From an uncultured Gammaproteobacteria bacterium (lineage in GTDB: Bacteria; Patescibacteriota; Patescibacteriia; Magasanikbacterales; UBA922): 64,000 nt of DNA. Below, one piece after another: positions 63,491 to 64,000 of the stretch. How positions within the stretch are numbered: the stretch's first letter is position 1; the number at the start of each line of letters is the position of its first letter. The stretch lies in the NCBI GenBank assembly GCA_964612105.1, contig CAZTEU010000001.1, positions 147,437-211,436 of the forward strand, in the 5' to 3' direction. Both the position numbers and the translations under genes were made by a program. A model generated the notes under the pieces. That model ran no database searches and was not told the DNA's origin. It saw only the letters and a list, made by a program, of their open reading frames with translations.

Positions 63491-64000
63491 TTAGTAGTCA
63501 CTAAGTTTTTCTATAATGTCCATCGATTGTATTTTCTCCAATGCTTTTGCTTCAATCTGACGAATACGCTCACGTGTAACATCAAACTCACGCCCAACCT
63601 CTTCCAAAGTATGTGTAACCCCATCAGATAAACCAAAACGCATTTCCAATATCTTTTGTTCACGAGGTGAAAGGAATTGAATTGCATCCTGAATATAATC
63701 ACGAAGCAACTCCACACCTGCAGAGTGTGATGGGCTCTCATTCTTCACATCCTCAATAAAGTCAGCAAGAGCTGTATCGTCGTCATCGCCATCACCCACA
63801 GATGTCTCCAGTGAGATTGTATCCTGTGATATCTTAATAATATGTTTTACTTTGTGCAACTCCTCACCCATTTCTGCAGAAAGCTCTTCTGGAGTAGCGT
63901 GTCTACCTAAATCTTGTAGAAGCCTTCTAGAAATCTGCTGGAATCTGTTTATAGTCTCTACCATGTGTACAGGTATACGAATTGTTCTGGATTGATCTGC
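63491..64000 (-). CDS. RNA polymerase sigma-70 family factor, C-terminal regions 3-4 (partial; N-terminus lies beyond the window end)
   Basis: Region 4 HTH LEEVGREFDVTRERIRQIEAKALEKI and a region 3 segment. The minus frame stays open to position 64000. Confidence 0.7.
   Translation of the reverse strand, partial: ADQSRTIRIPVHMVETINRFQQISRRLLQDLGRHATPEELSAEMGEELHKVKHIIKISQDTISLETSVGDGDDDDTALADFIEDVKNESPSHSAGVELLRDYIQDAIQFLSPREQKILEMRFGLSDGVTHTLEEVGREFDVTRERIRQIEAKALEKIQSMDIIEKLSDY

Noticed and set aside
1-64000. CRISPR arrays, IS elements/transposases, integrases, toxin-antitoxin pairs
   Set aside because: No regularly spaced direct repeats, terminal inverted repeats with transposase ORFs, or recombinase motifs were seen. 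The GC-rich islands have no flanking direct repeats that I could detect by eye.

Overview
This window is AT-rich, gene-dense and reads like a reduced bacterial genome, possibly CPR/Patescibacteria-like (inference). It carries several signs of that lifestyle.

- Native housekeeping genes: pyrG (partial), rplI, era, dnaX, folD, dusB-like, secA-secD-secF, murB, hpf, RNase J-like, corA, murJ, lepA, recJ, rnhA, alaS (short form), mnmA, pgi, prx, sod, nnr, and a partial sigma-70 factor.
- A ribosomal/rpoA cluster: infA-rpmJ-rpsM-rpsK-rpsD-rpoA(NTD only)-rplQ-rplM-rpsI.
- A glycan cluster (flippase + GT4 + GT2, with gtrA elsewhere) and one tRNA-Gln(CUG).
- Most intergenic regions end in clean hairpin + T-run terminators.

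Three unusual themes stand out.

1. Compositional mosaic. About 10 discrete GC-rich islands (>50% GC by eye) sit in the AT-rich backbone. Their ORFs have strong GGAGG-type Shine-Dalgarno sequences, whereas native genes have essentially none. The islands encode two tandem beta-carbonic-anhydrase-like paralogs, a lipoprotein, an internally duplicated hypothetical protein, rpiB, apt+hpt, and a ~610-aa extremely cysteine-rich repeat lipoprotein. There are also at least two GC-rich non-coding regions with promoter/terminator architecture, the second of which (29386..30252) contains two elements (ii: 29460..29690 and iii: ~29790..30245, the latter behind a perfect sigma70 promoter), plus a GC-rich ~195-nt leader in front of mnmA.

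2. A three-member VirB4/HerA-FtsK-like ATPase family. It exists in a fused form (857 aa) and a split form, with the membrane N-domain and the ATPase domain as separate genes. The N-domain gene lies directly downstream of secA-secD-secF.

3. A SecD whose periplasmic head carries an inserted parvulin (PpiC) PPIase domain.

None of the GC-rich RNA candidates could be assigned to RNase P, tmRNA, SRP, 6S or a known riboswitch by eye. Computational checks are proposed below.
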